Source: a bacterium (GTDB taxonomy: Bacteria; UBA8248; JACPRG01; G963555815). From it: 64,000 nt of DNA. The stretch lies in contig CBDHDG010000005.1 in NCBI GenBank assembly GCA_965261595.1, positions 928,001 through 992,000 of the forward strand, written 5' to 3'. The notes beneath the pieces were generated by a model, which was given only the letters and a program-made list of their open reading frames with translations, was not told where the DNA came from and searched no databases. Of the stretch, positions 8,377-18,665 are shown one piece after another. A program made the position numbers and the translations under genes. The stretch's first letter is position 1, and each line of letters starts with the position of its first letter.

Positions 8377-9384
8377 TCAAGGACTTTTCGGGAAAAGCTT
8401 GGGCAAGAACTTGTTGGTGTAAACCTCCGAAGTGGAAGGTTTGCGCGGGAGGTTCATATATTTCGCCAGAACGTCCACGGTGTGGGCCATCTTCTTCTCA
8501 TCCATATGGCCGATCCCATGGGTTTTGGCGTACTCGGACAGCAACAGCTCCACGGCAATGGCCAGCTGCCTTTTCGCGATGGAACGGTCAAGGGTCGGCG
8601 TTTGGGCCATGAAGATGTCGAGAGCCTCTTTTGGGTTCTCCACGGACCAGGCCCAGGCCCTCATGGTGGCCCGGACGAAGCGGCCCACCTGGCCCGGGTT
8701 CTGTTGAATGCGCTTGTCCACGGCCACGAGACCGTTGGAGTAGAGATCCAGGCCGTTCTCGGAAAAGCGCAGGATGGAGATCTTCAGGTTCACCTTCCGG
8801 GCGCTCGCCAGGATGGCGGGGGCGTCCGTGACGTAGTTGCTGATGGCGTCCACGCGACCCGAGAGAAGGCTCGGCACCTTCGCCGATCCCGACATGCCGA
8901 TCCATTCAACGTCGCTTCCCTTGAAACCGTTCGACATGGCGAAGGCTGGAAAGATGATCCGGACGGCATCGCCCTTTCGTCCGCCGAACTTCTTCCCGAT
9001 AAAGTCCTTCGGCTTTTTGTAGCCGTTCTTGCTCAGGGAGAAGACGGCATGTGGGGCGCGGTCGTGAATCATGCCGAGGACCTTTACGGTGAGGCCGCGC
9101 GTGCGACCCACGATGACCGCGCCCACATCGGCGAACCCGTAGTCGCTCGTCTCGGTGGCCACCGCCTTGACCGTATTGCCCGACCCTCTTCCCCGGAGGA
9201 TCTCCGGGTCCAGACCTTCCGCTTTATAGAGTCCCTTCTTGACCCCTGCGAACCAGGGCGAGTGCTTCCCGTTCAGGATCCAATCCATCATCACGACAAG
9301 CCGCTCGGCCCGCACGGGAGCGGAAAGAGAGCAAAGGAATATGCCCGTGAACATCGCTGCCAGGCTCCATCTCATCCAACGCAT
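8377..9384 (-). CDS. ABC transporter substrate-binding protein, NMT1/THI5 family
   Basis: Signal peptide, DWILNGKHSPWF, GRGSGNTV, LDLYSNG, YTNKFLP; SD AAGGAG before ATG 9384. Confidence 0.85.
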   Translation of the reverse strand: MRWMRWSLAAMFTGIFLCSLSAPVRAERLVVMMDWILNGKHSPWFAGVKKGLYKAEGLDPEILRGRGSGNTVKAVATETSDYGFADVGAVIVGRTRGLTVKVLGMIHDRAPHAVFSLSKNGYKKPKDFIGKKFGGRKGDAVRIIFPAFAMSNGFKGSDVEWIGMSGSAKVPSLLSGRVDAISNYVTDAPAILASARKVNLKISILRFSENGLDLYSNGLVAVDKRIQQNPGQVGRFVRATMRAWAWSVENPKEALDIFMAQTPTLDRSIAKRQLAIAVELLLSEYAKTHGIGHMDEKKMAHTVDVLAKYMNLPRKPSTSEVYTNKFLPKLFPKSP

Positions 9385-9499
9385 CGCGATCTCTCCTTTT
9401 GATTTTCCCGACGCGCCTCTTGGTAGCCGGCAGGGTCTATGATCCCATCCCCACCGCGTCTGGCGGGGACAGTCGGGCCACCACTCACTCCATCCCTCT

Positions 9500-9650
9500 T
9501 GACGAGACCGCCGGCCGCCTCCGGTCGTCCAAACACCTCCTCCAGCCCGCGATAGGCAAGCAGGCCGCCATCGCTCGCGACCCTGCCTCCGTAAAAATGC
9601 TGTCTTACCTGACATCGCCCGGATACCCGTTGCGAGCACCCGTTGTGGGC
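9500..9650 (-). mobile_element. Degenerate IS1380-family transposase N-terminal remnant
   Basis: Translates as VRQHFYGGRVASDGGLLAYRGLEEVFG, resembling the IS1380 N-terminal motif (F.G..VTSD.GLLAYRELD..LG, recalled); rest of transposase absent. Confidence 0.55.
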
Positions 9651-9708
9651 ACCCCGGATTCCATGCCCGGCCGTCGTGAATTTGTATCGAACCGGGTCGT
9701 CTTCCCTT

Positions 9709-11124
9709 TTACGGCTTCTCCGCAGAGAGTGAGGCTTTGTCCTGATGGGAGAGGATGGTATCCAGGTCAATCTGATCCGTAAGGCGGTTGGAAATCCGTT
9801 CGGGCCACTCATAGCCATAGCCGATGGGGCGAGTGGCATCGATTCCAATCTTCGTCACCAGGCCGTCCCGGCTCGACCGGGTGATGTTCTGGGCCGTTGG
9901 GTCGAGCCGACACCCCCGAGCGCCGGGCGCCAGGAGGATGTCGCGCTCCCCCTGAACGCGCGTGGCGATGGCCCAGCTCACCTCTCGGGAGTTTCCGATG
10001 TCGATGTCGTCGTCCACGACGACGGCCATCCTGAGCATGGTGTCCCGTCCCAGGGTGAAGAGGAGGACGTTCTTGGCGTCCCCTTCATTGACCTTCTCCA
10101 TGGAGATGTGGACCATGAATCCGAACTGTTCGATGGGGAATCGGACCGAGCGCACGGTCGGGATCACTTTTCGGAGCTCGCGAAGCAGGGCAGCCTCGCG
10201 GGCGGGAAGGGCCAGGAACACGTGCTCGGCGAGGCCTGAGGCGATGGTTTGGTAGTAGGCCCCTTGACGATGGGTGATGGCGCTGAGCCGCATCACGGGC
10301 CGTTCGACGATCTGACCGTAGTGTCCCGTGAACTCTCCGAATGGACCTTCCACCTCCCGGCGACCCGGCAGGATCTCCCCTTCCAGGACAATTTCCGCGT
10401 CCGCCGGCACCTCCAGGTCGACGGTCTCGCACGGGACCAGATTGATGGGTTCCCCCAGCAAACCCGATGCGACCTCATATTCATCGTCCCCCGTCGCCAC
10501 GGAGGCCAGACCTTGAGAGGCCAGGTACAGGGCAGGATGGGCTCCGAGGATAATCGCAACCGGCAGGGGTTGCCCCTTCTCTTCGGCCTGCCGGTGCAGA
10601 AATTGAATCTGCTTCCCCCAGCTGTAATACAGTCCAATGTGAGACTCGTCGATGAGACGGTTGCGGAAGATTCCCAGGTCCACCTTCCTGGAAACCGGGT
10701 CTCGGCTGACGGCGATCCCGGCGGTGATGTAAGGGGCGTCGTCTGCGTCGTTGTGGGTGAAGACGGGAAGCCTGCGGATGTCTATATCATCGCCTGTGAG
10801 GATCACTTCACGCACCGGCCCGTCCATCACCCGCCGAGGGGCAATGCGCTCAGATTCGCGGCTCGCGATGGTTTCGAGCAGCTCTTCCTCCTCGACCCCC
10901 AGGGACCATGCAACCCGCCGGCGCTCGGCCATGACATTGCACACCACCGGGAAATCGGAACCCACAATGTTCTCGAAGACTAAAATGGGAAAGCGATGCT
11001 CCTTTTCGAGGCGCGCAATGATGGCGGTCGCTTCCAAGTACGGATCAACCGGTTTCTGCACATGGATGATTTCTTCGGGCGAACGAGAACCCATCTCATC
11101 GAGCACCCCCCGCAGATCTTTCAC
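9709..11124 (-). CDS. UbiD-family (prFMN-dependent) decarboxylase
   Basis: PYITAG, GIFR, EIVLEG, EGPFGEFTGHY, VVDDDIDI, WAIATR, KIGIDAT; GTG start after GGAGG. Confidence 0.9.
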   Translation of the reverse strand: MKDLRGVLDEMGSRSPEEIIHVQKPVDPYLEATAIIARLEKEHRFPILVFENIVGSDFPVVCNVMAERRRVAWSLGVEEEELLETIASRESERIAPRRVMDGPVREVILTGDDIDIRRLPVFTHNDADDAPYITAGIAVSRDPVSRKVDLGIFRNRLIDESHIGLYYSWGKQIQFLHRQAEEKGQPLPVAIILGAHPALYLASQGLASVATGDDEYEVASGLLGEPINLVPCETVDLEVPADAEIVLEGEILPGRREVEGPFGEFTGHYGQIVERPVMRLSAITHRQGAYYQTIASGLAEHVFLALPAREAALLRELRKVIPTVRSVRFPIEQFGFMVHISMEKVNEGDAKNVLLFTLGRDTMLRMAVVVDDDIDIGNSREVSWAIATRVQGERDILLAPGARGCRLDPTAQNITRSSRDGLVTKIGIDATRPIGYGYEWPERISNRLTDQIDLDTILSHQDKASLSAEKP

Positions 11125-11317
11125 TTGAACCTCCTGATTCCCGGGGCCTAATTTCTCAAGCCGGTCCATGGAGGGCTCGGATGTGTCGGAGCATCCCGGA
11201 CCCAACCTCCCTGTCATGAAACTCTTGCACCCGAATCACGCCTGAGGCGTCAAGCCAATCCTGGACATAGAAGGACCGGTGTCACGGACTTACACGGTTC
11301 AAGACGGATGAGCGGGC

Positions 11318-11347
11318 ATTATAGCGCTAACGATGATCTGTCGTCAA
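11318..11347 (-). promoter_or_regulatory. Sigma70-type promoter for the ubiD-family gene
   Basis: TTGACG-N18-TATAAT on minus strand. Confidence 0.6.
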
Positions 11348-11615
11348 ATACCATAAGATTGGTCCCTCCTGCGGGGGTGTTTGTTACATGGAGATCAATG
11401 TCTCCAGCGGGTAACGCAATCCGGGGCGTCCCCTTCATGGGCCCGCACGTCACAAAGGAGGCACTGGCGGGAAAGCCGTCGGTGACACCCTTCCCTGAAT
11501 CACAGGGTGTTCAGACCCTGTCATTCTTTTCTCTTCGTGCAACATCTAGATCCACAACGAGTTAACAAGATTAAATCAGGCTTACCTCTTCTCTTTGTGG
11601 GGAATCCGGGCTCAC

Positions 11616-12614
11616 TCACTTCGCCATTTGCGGAAGGAACGCGTTGGTGTAGACGTCGTCGGTTTTCACGCGCACCTTCAGCGGGGTGTACTTGGTGATG
11701 ATGTCCACCGTCCGGTCCATTTTCCCGGAGTCCATATAGCCCAGGCCGTGCTCGATCACGCCCTGATCGATATTGAGCTTCCGGGTCTGGTGGTACTGCA
11801 AGCGGACCACCTTCGGGTTCGAGGTGGGGGAGTACTTCAAGAAGTTGTTCAGGCACTTGTCCATGTACACCATGCAGTGACCCCAGGCGTCGATGCTGGC
11901 GCGGACGAACCGCTTGAGGATCCCGGGGTTGTTCCGGATGGTGTCATCGTGGGCGATCGATGCCGTTGGCGTAGATGTCCACGCCCCACTCGCTGAAGCG
12001 CAACATCTCGCTGTCTTTTCCCGCTTTGCGGGCGGCCGCCTGGAAGTTGGGCTGTTCGTCGGCGAAGATGGGAATGGCGTCCAGCTTGCCCGTCAGGACG
12101 CCCGGGAGCATGGTGCCGTAACCCAAGGTGGTCCAGGAAACCGTTTTGGGGTCCAGGCCGTTGGCGTTGGCGAAGGCGGGGAACACCTTCCAGGCCGCGT
12201 CCCCTTCGGGACCGCCCAGCCGCGCGCCGGCGAGATCTTTGGGGTGTTTGTATCCTTTCGACTTGAGGTGCCAGATGGCCATGGGGGTCTTGGCGTAATA
12301 CATGGCGAGAACTTTGACCTTGGCTCCCTTCGAGCGGCGATGATTAAGGAGCCCACGTCGGCGAAGCCGAGGGGCGCCGTCTTTGCGGCGATGCGCTTGA
12401 TGGTGTCCCCGGAACCAAAGCCCCGCTCGATTTTTACGTCGAGGCCCTCCTTCTTAAAGTACCCGAAGTCCTTGGTGGCAAAGAAGGGGACGTGCTCGCT
12501 GTAGAAGATCCAGTCCAAATACCAAGTCACTTTTTCCTGGGCCGCGGGGGACCCAATCCAGCCAGCCGCAATCAGCCACGCGCTTACGATGACTGCCGTC
12601 ATTCCCTTTTTCAT
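11616..12614 (-). pseudogene. NMT1/THI5 substrate-binding protein with two compensating frameshifts (pseudogene or sequence error)
   Basis: Three ORF fragments join into one 332-aa homologue of the proteins at 8377 and 23129; 1 base missing near 12336, 1 extra near 11959. Confidence 0.8.
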
Positions 12615-12738
12615 TTTTCCCCCCTTGGAATGGGCTTGAGCGGAAGCTTGAAATCGCATTCCGCGTGAGACCATATAGGGTGGTGCTCCGTCGAAATTTC
12701 CGACTTTCCCGGGGCGCATTTCCGCGTTCGGACTTCTC

Positions 12739-13353
12739 CTATGGGTCATAAATCTGAACCCGCAACGGCCCGCCCGTGGCGGGGCAGGCGCTCAGCGCGC
12801 ACAGGACGTCCATCTCGGCCACGCAATCAACGTAGTCGCCGGGCTGGCTCCGGCCTTCGGCGAGGGCGAACCTCCCTTCCTCCGGAACGAAGTCCACGGT
12901 TTGAAACAGGTTCAACGGGTCGGGGATGTCCTCGGCCGGGATGTTCCAGGGCTTGAGTGCCTCAGTCAGGATCTCCCAGCAGCCGACCTCGGGCCGGCCG
13001 AGGGCGCCGCCCACGGTGAAGCCCTCGGCGAAGCTGTGTGATTCTCTCTGGTAGACGAACCGGCTGCACATCCCGTATTGCAGGTCATGAATGCCGTACG
13101 TGTCCTCGACGATGGTCAGCATGACGTTGTTGGACTTGGAGTAGAGGTGATCCCCCGTGGAGATCAAATACTTTCCCGGGTTGGATCGGGTTCGGGATTG
13201 GTTGAACCGCTCGCTGAGGTCGTTGGCGTTGAACAGGACCAGGTCGCCGATCTGTCCGCCCTCGACGTCGATGAACCGGATGCGCCGCCCCTTCTTCACG
13301 ATCCACGCCCCGCCCCGACGGGCCGGAATGGTTTCATCCTTGAGAAGATTCAT
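12739..13353 (-). CDS. Urea carboxylase-associated family protein (DUF1989)
   Basis: DVEGGQIGDL, HDLQYGMC, GCWE, PDPLNLF, AEMDVLCALSACP. Confidence 0.85.
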   Translation of the reverse strand: MNLLKDETIPARRGGAWIVKKGRRIRFIDVEGGQIGDLVLFNANDLSERFNQSRTRSNPGKYLISTGDHLYSKSNNVMLTIVEDTYGIHDLQYGMCSRFVYQRESHSFAEGFTVGGALGRPEVGCWEILTEALKPWNIPAEDIPDPLNLFQTVDFVPEEGRFALAEGRSQPGDYVDCVAEMDVLCALSACPATGGPLRVQIYDP

Positions 13354-13378
13354 CGCGAGCCTCCCGGACGGGTCCCGG

Positions 13379-13867
13379 CTATTCAGGTAAAGCGGCGTGA
13401 CGCCCCTCGGCGGCGGCCGCGATCGCTTCTACGATCTGGACGTACCCGGTGCACCGGCAGAGGTTGCCGATGAGGGCCTCGCGGGTTTCCTCCTCCGTGG
13501 GTCTCGGGTTTTCGTCGAGGAGGGCCTTCACCGTCATGATGAATCCCGGCGTGCAGTAGCCGCACTGAAGCGCGCCGTAGTTGACGAAGGCCTCCTGGAT
13601 CGGATGGAGATTTCCGTCCTCCCCCTGGAGACCCTCAATGGTCGTGATGGAGCGGCCGCGGGCCTGAAGGGCGAGCATCAGGCAGGACTTGATGTTTTGT
13701 CCGTCCAACAGGACTGTGCAGCATCCGCACGCCCCGCTCTCGCAGCCCCGCTTGGTCCCGGTGAGGCCCAGGTGGTCCCGCAGGGCCTCGACCAGGAGAC
13801 GGCGGGAATCGATGGTCACCTCGTGGTCCTCTTCGTTGACCCGAAGCGTGATGTCGTGCCTTTTCAT
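13379..13867 (-). CDS. Mo-hydroxylase small 2x[2Fe-2S] subunit (CoxS/XdhC type)
   Basis: GCESGACGCCTV, QCGYCTPG, NLCRCTGY. Confidence 0.93.
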   Translation of the reverse strand: MKRHDITLRVNEEDHEVTIDSRRLLVEALRDHLGLTGTKRGCESGACGCCTVLLDGQNIKSCLMLALQARGRSITTIEGLQGEDGNLHPIQEAFVNYGALQCGYCTPGFIMTVKALLDENPRPTEEETREALIGNLCRCTGYVQIVEAIAAAAEGRHAALPE

Positions 13868-16200
13868 CCTTCGCTCGCGTCCTTTCCCGCCCCGGCGGCG
13901 GAGCCTTCAGGGACGCCGCTCTCCCGCGCGGCCTTTTCCTTCAGGGCGCGCAGGACCTTGTCCGGGGTGATGGGCAGGGAGGTGATACGGACGCCCGCCG
14001 CGTTGTAAATCGCGTTGGAAATGACGGCCGCGATCGGGACGATGCAGCATTCCGAGGCTCCCTTGGCGCCGAACGGTCCGTTCGGATCGTCGGTCTCGAC
14101 GATGATGGTTTCGATCTTCGGAAGCCCGACGGAGCGCGGGATCGTATAGTCGGCGAGGCTCCCGTTGACGAATTGTCCGCCTTCGGAGACGAGGTTTTCG
14201 AAGATGGCGTAACCCAGGCCCTGAACGATCTCCCCGTTGAGCTGTCCCTCGACGGCGAGGGGGTTCAGGATCTTCCCCAGGTCGTCCGCGGCGACCAGCC
14301 GGGTTACGTCCACCTGCCCGGTCTCGGTGTCCACCGTAACCTCGGCCGTCTGGGCGACGAAGGTGTAGGCGGGGGAGATGTTCCCGTAAATGGTTTTCTT
14401 GTCCGCCATCTCGGTGGGCGCCTGGTAGGCGCCGCGTCCGATGATTCCGCCGCCCTCGCGCGCGAATTGCTTTTCCCGACTCACCTCCGCGACGCTGAGC
14501 CGTTTCTCCGGGAAGCCCTTCATGTGGACAGTCCCGTCCTGAACGTAGAGGTCTTCCACGGAGGTTTCGAGCATCTCGGCGGCCCCCTCCAGAAGCTGTC
14601 GCTTCACATCGGCCGCCGCTCGCTGGACGGCGTTGCCGGCCGTCATCGTGAGCCGGCTGGCCCAGGCCCCGTGGCAGTAAGGCGTCAGGTCGGTGTCGGC
14701 GGAGGAGACGGACACGTCGGACGGCGGAATCCCTAGCTCCTCGGCGGCGATCATGGTGAGCATGGTCGTGCACCCCTGGCCGATATCGCCCTCTCCGGAG
14801 ATGAGGATGACCGTTCCGTCGTTGTTCAGCTTGATCAGGGCGTCGGAGCCGTCCCAATCGGTGAAGGCCCGGTTTGCGCTGACGTGGATCGCGCAGCCCA
14901 GCCCCACACCCCGCCGGCGGGTCCCCGGCTCGGGGGTCTTGGGCCGGCTCTCCCACCCGATGGCCTCGGTCGCCTTCTCGACGCACTCGGTCAGGCCGCA
15001 GCTATCCATCTTCCATCCATGGACGGATACGTCTCCCTGCCGGATGGCGTTCCGAAGCCGGACGGCTTTGGGGTCCATGCCCAGCCGCTCGGCCAGGACG
15101 TCCATGTGGCACTCCAGGGCGAAGGCCATCTGGGGGTTTCCGAACCCCCGGAACGCTCCCGTGGGGATCTTGTTGGTGAACACGAGAAGGGCGCGGGTCC
15201 GAAGGTTTTCCTGCCGATAGAGCGAATCCATCCGGGTCGCCGTGGTCTGCGTGATGGACCCGGCGATCCCGGTGTAGGCGCCGTTGTCGACGAGGATTCG
15301 GGTGTCCTTCGCGACGATTTTTCCTTCCCGGTCCGCCCCCATTCTCAGGGTGATCTTCTGCCGGGTCCGGGGCCGGCCGGCCGCGAAGTCTTCGAGGCGG
15401 TTGTTCATGAGCCGGACGGTCTTGCCCGTTTTCCAGGCGAGGAAAGCCGAGATGGGGGCGTTGGGGTCCTCCGCCAGCTTGCCCCCGAACCCCCCGCCGA
15501 CGAAGGGCTGGATGACCCGGACCTTCGATTGGGGGAGCCCCAGGGCCTGGGCGACGACTTCCTTCTGGAAGTAGATGGTCTGGGTGGAGGACCAGACGGT
15601 CACGCCGCCCGATGAATCGGCCGCCGCCATCGACCCGGCGGGCTCCATGTAGGCCTGGTACTGGTATGGGGTCTCGTAAGTGTCCTCGTGAACAACATGC
15701 GCGGCGGCGAATCCCGCCTCGATGTCCCCCCGGTCGATCCGGATGTCCCGGACGATGTTGCTCTGTCCCTCATGGACCTGGGGGGCGTCCGGCTTCATGG
15801 CCTCCTCGGGTTCCAGGACGGCCGGAAGCGGCTCGTAATCCACCTGGATCAGTCCCAGGGCCTCCCCGGCGGCGTCGGCGTCCGTGGCCACGACGGCCGC
15901 CACCTCCTCGCCGATGAACCTCACCTTGCCGACCGCCAGGATGTAATGCTCTTGATAAATCTGCCCCCAAAGGATTTTCGGGGTGTCCTCGCCGGTCAGG
16001 ACGGCCTTGACGCCGGGAAGTCTCAGCGCCTTCGAGGCATCGATGTTCAAGATCCGGGCGTGGGCGTGCGGGCTTCGCAGAATGGCGGCTTCATGGAGAC
16101 GGGGATGCCGGAGGTCCGCGGTGTAGTCCGCCGTCCCGGTCACCTTCTCCCTCGCGTCCACCATGGGAAGGGGTTTTCCGATGACCGAAAGTTCCGTCAT
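13864..16200 (-). CDS. Xanthine dehydrogenase family molybdopterin-binding subunit
   Basis: RSPHAHARI, VGGGFGGK, FRGFGNPQ, QGLG, GAKGASE. Confidence 0.92.
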   Translation of the reverse strand: MTELSVIGKPLPMVDAREKVTGTADYTADLRHPRLHEAAILRSPHAHARILNIDASKALRLPGVKAVLTGEDTPKILWGQIYQEHYILAVGKVRFIGEEVAAVVATDADAAGEALGLIQVDYEPLPAVLEPEEAMKPDAPQVHEGQSNIVRDIRIDRGDIEAGFAAAHVVHEDTYETPYQYQAYMEPAGSMAAADSSGGVTVWSSTQTIYFQKEVVAQALGLPQSKVRVIQPFVGGGFGGKLAEDPNAPISAFLAWKTGKTVRLMNNRLEDFAAGRPRTRQKITLRMGADREGKIVAKDTRILVDNGAYTGIAGSITQTTATRMDSLYRQENLRTRALLVFTNKIPTGAFRGFGNPQMAFALECHMDVLAERLGMDPKAVRLRNAIRQGDVSVHGWKMDSCGLTECVEKATEAIGWESRPKTPEPGTRRRGVGLGCAIHVSANRAFTDWDGSDALIKLNNDGTVILISGEGDIGQGCTTMLTMIAAEELGIPPSDVSVSSADTDLTPYCHGAWASRLTMTAGNAVQRAAADVKRQLLEGAAEMLETSVEDLYVQDGTVHMKGFPEKRLSVAEVSREKQFAREGGGIIGRGAYQAPTEMADKKTIYGNISPAYTFVAQTAEVTVDTETGQVDVTRLVAADDLGKILNPLAVEGQLNGEIVQGLGYAIFENLVSEGGQFVNGSLADYTIPRSVGLPKIETIIVETDDPNGPFGAKGASECCIVPIAAVISNAIYNAAGVRITSLPITPDKVLRALKEKAARESGVPEGSAAGAGKDASEG

Positions 16201-16467
16201 CTTTCACTCCTTTCGCACGTCAACAAGACCTGAGCCGCCACTGCCCGATTTGAGGGTTCCGCCGTATGCCGGGGGCAAGCCCGGATGAAGGGCAAGCAGA
16301 GCGGGGCGGTTTTTCTCTCAAGAAAAGAGCGGAGATTCAATTCGATGGCCGCGCACTTGTCGATATTCATCACGGGCACGGTTGAATGTCAAGCGAGCGG
16401 GTCAAAATCGCGGAACGGAGAAGGCTTGGACGGCGGATGTGTCTCTGTGATTTTTTTTCTACCCCGT

Positions 16468-17256
16468 TCAATGCCGCTCCAGGAAATCCCGGACGCGGGC
16501 ATGAAAGAGGGCGGGCGATTCCAGTGACAGAAAGTGTCCCCCGTCCAGGATCTCAAGCTCCGCGCCGGGAATGACGCGCGCCAGTTCCTCCGAGAAATAG
16601 GGGGGCGTGCACGTGTCTTCCCTTCCCACGATCACGAGCGCGGGTTTGCGCACCCGCCCGAGGCGGCCGAGCTGGTTGTGATGGATGAGCATCTCGACGC
16701 GCTTGGCCGTGACCTCCTCATTGGCCGGTTTCGCGAGCCGGGCGGCTTCCCAGCCGACGACCTCCCCGTAATGCTCCCGGATGTATCGGGCGGACCACCA
16801 GAAGAGTGACGACGCCTCCGTGTACGCCCGGAACCCCAATTTTTCGACGAGCGTTTTTCGGGTTTCCAGGCAGCGTTTGTAATACGCGTCCGTCTTGGCC
16901 CAGGTCGAGGCCAGGACGACGGACCGGACGACATCGGAATGGTCGAGCGCCATCACCTGGGCGATGGCGCCCCCCGTCGAGGTTCCCACGATGTGCGCCG
17001 GCCCCGTCTTTAGCGCCCGCAGGGTCTCGGCCATGTCCGAGGCGTGCCGCTCGATCGTATAGCCCCCCTCGGTCACGGTTGTCCGGCCCGCGCCCCGGTG
17101 ATCCGGGACGATGGTCCGGAACGCCTCGGCGAACATCCGGATCTGCGTTCCCCAGGAAGCCCCCACGCCTCCAAGGCCGGTGATCAGCATGAGCGGATCG
17201 CCCCGCCCGTGGATCTCGTAATACACCTCGATGTCGTTCACGGCGACTGTCGGCAT
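16468..17256 (-). CDS. Alpha/beta hydrolase (RutD/enol-lactonase-like)
   Basis: DHRGAGR, GTSTGG nucleophile elbow, GREDTCTP, GGH. Confidence 0.82.
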   Translation of the reverse strand: MPTVAVNDIEVYYEIHGRGDPLMLITGLGGVGASWGTQIRMFAEAFRTIVPDHRGAGRTTVTEGGYTIERHASDMAETLRALKTGPAHIVGTSTGGAIAQVMALDHSDVVRSVVLASTWAKTDAYYKRCLETRKTLVEKLGFRAYTEASSLFWWSARYIREHYGEVVGWEAARLAKPANEEVTAKRVEMLIHHNQLGRLGRVRKPALVIVGREDTCTPPYFSEELARVIPGAELEILDGGHFLSLESPALFHARVRDFLERH

Positions 17257-17259
17257 TCT

Positions 17260-18078
17260 CTACCCGGAGGACTTGAAGGGGCCGTCGCGTTTTTCCAGGA
17301 ACTTCTTCATCCCGTGCTCCTGCGTGTATCGGACCCATTCCATGCTCTCTTCCGTCGCGTGGATGATGCTCGTCGTCTCGACGTTGTAGGCCAGGGCCTG
17401 CCGGAGCCCCATGATGTCGTACGTGCGGTGGATCGCCTCTTTGTTGATCCGCAGCGCCTTGGGGGGGATGAGGGCGAGGCGGTTCGCGAGCTTCAGCGCC
17501 TCGTCCCGGAGGGCGTCGTGCGGGACGACCCGGTTGACGAGCCCCAGGCGGTGGGCCTCTTGGGCGTCGATCAAGTCCCCCGTGTAAAGCAGCTCCTTGG
17601 CCTGTTTCAGTCCGATGAGCCAGGGCAGGATGAGGGTGGGGGGGGCCGAAGAATGGCGGATTTCGGGCGCGCCGAACTTCGCCCGGTCGGAGGCGACGGC
17701 GAGGTCGCACACCATGCAGAGGTCCATCCCGCCCCCGACGGCGTAGCCGTTCACCACCGCGATGACGGGCTTGGCAAGGTCCCAGACCTTCATCATGTTG
17801 TCGAGGTGGTCTTTCAGTTTGTCCCGCCATTCGTCCGCCGTCGGCATCGCCGTCTTCCCGGCCACGTCGATGTCATACCCCGCCGAGAACGCCCGGCCCG
17901 CGCCCGTGAGGATGACGGCCCGGACACCCTCGTCGGCCTCCGCCTCAGCCAGGGCGGCCTCCATCTCCCGCTTCAGGTCCAGGTTCAAGGCGTTGAGGAC
18001 TTCGGGCCGGTTCAAGGTGATCCGCGCCACCGCGCCGAGAACTTCATAGATGAGGAGATCGTAAGAAGCGCCACCCAT
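17260..18078 (-). CDS. Enoyl-CoA hydratase/isomerase family protein
   Basis: TLNRPEVLNAL, AFSAGYD, NGYAVGGG, FGAPEI. Confidence 0.88.
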   Translation of the reverse strand: MGGASYDLLIYEVLGAVARITLNRPEVLNALNLDLKREMEAALAEAEADEGVRAVILTGAGRAFSAGYDIDVAGKTAMPTADEWRDKLKDHLDNMMKVWDLAKPVIAVVNGYAVGGGMDLCMVCDLAVASDRAKFGAPEIRHSSAPPTLILPWLIGLKQAKELLYTGDLIDAQEAHRLGLVNRVVPHDALRDEALKLANRLALIPPKALRINKEAIHRTYDIMGLRQALAYNVETTSIIHATEESMEWVRYTQEHGMKKFLEKRDGPFKSSG

Positions 18079-18257
18079 AAAAACCCTCCCGGTCAAATCC
18101 GCCGGATGCCCCGCAACCGCGCTTTGTCCAATTCCGCTGAGATTGTCTTGAACGCCAAATTGCCCGAAAACGCCGACGCGCGGAAGCGCTTGCCCGAGAC
18201 GTATTCCGCGTCGGCCCATTCACGCTTGACGCCTCGATTCGGTTTCCAGCCCGGCGT

Positions 18258-18665
18258 TCATCCGGACGCCCACCACTCGCCGATGATCCGCTCGACCTGA
18301 ATCTCGATGGCGACAAAATCCGGAGAGACCGACGTGTTTTTGTTGTAGCGCTCCCGATGGCGCCGGACCGCCTCGGCCACGCGCTCCCGGTCTTCAAAGA
18401 CGCGCCCCCGCCCCTCGAAGCTCGCCCACCGGCCCTCGCCGTCCGCCATGTAAAGGGTCGCGCGGGGGTCGGCCTTCAAATTGGCGACCTTGACGGCGCC
18501 GCGCTTGGCGATTATCCGGGCCAGGCGCTCCGCGGCGTCATACATCATGCAGACGCACACCACGTGCGGCGCGCCGCCCGGCCGTAGCGTCGTCAGCGCG
18601 GCATAGAGGGGAGACGCCAACGCGGCCGACAGGTTCTCCGGCAGATGGTCGAGGTCGAACGCCAT
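18258..18665 (-). CDS. Pyridoxamine-5'-phosphate oxidase-like (PPOX class) flavin/F420-binding protein
   Basis: LTTLRPGGAPH, KVANLKADPRATL, WASFEG; G-rich SD before ATG 18665. Confidence 0.75.
   Translation of the reverse strand: MAFDLDHLPENLSAALASPLYAALTTLRPGGAPHVVCVCMMYDAAERLARIIAKRGAVKVANLKADPRATLYMADGEGRWASFEGRGRVFEDRERVAEAVRRHRERYNKNTSVSPDFVAIEIQVERIIGEWWASG

Noticed and set aside
1558..16200. Aerobic CO dehydrogenase assignment for either Mo subunit
   Set aside because: Active-site loops are SYRGYG and AFRGFG, not the form I AYxCSFR motif.
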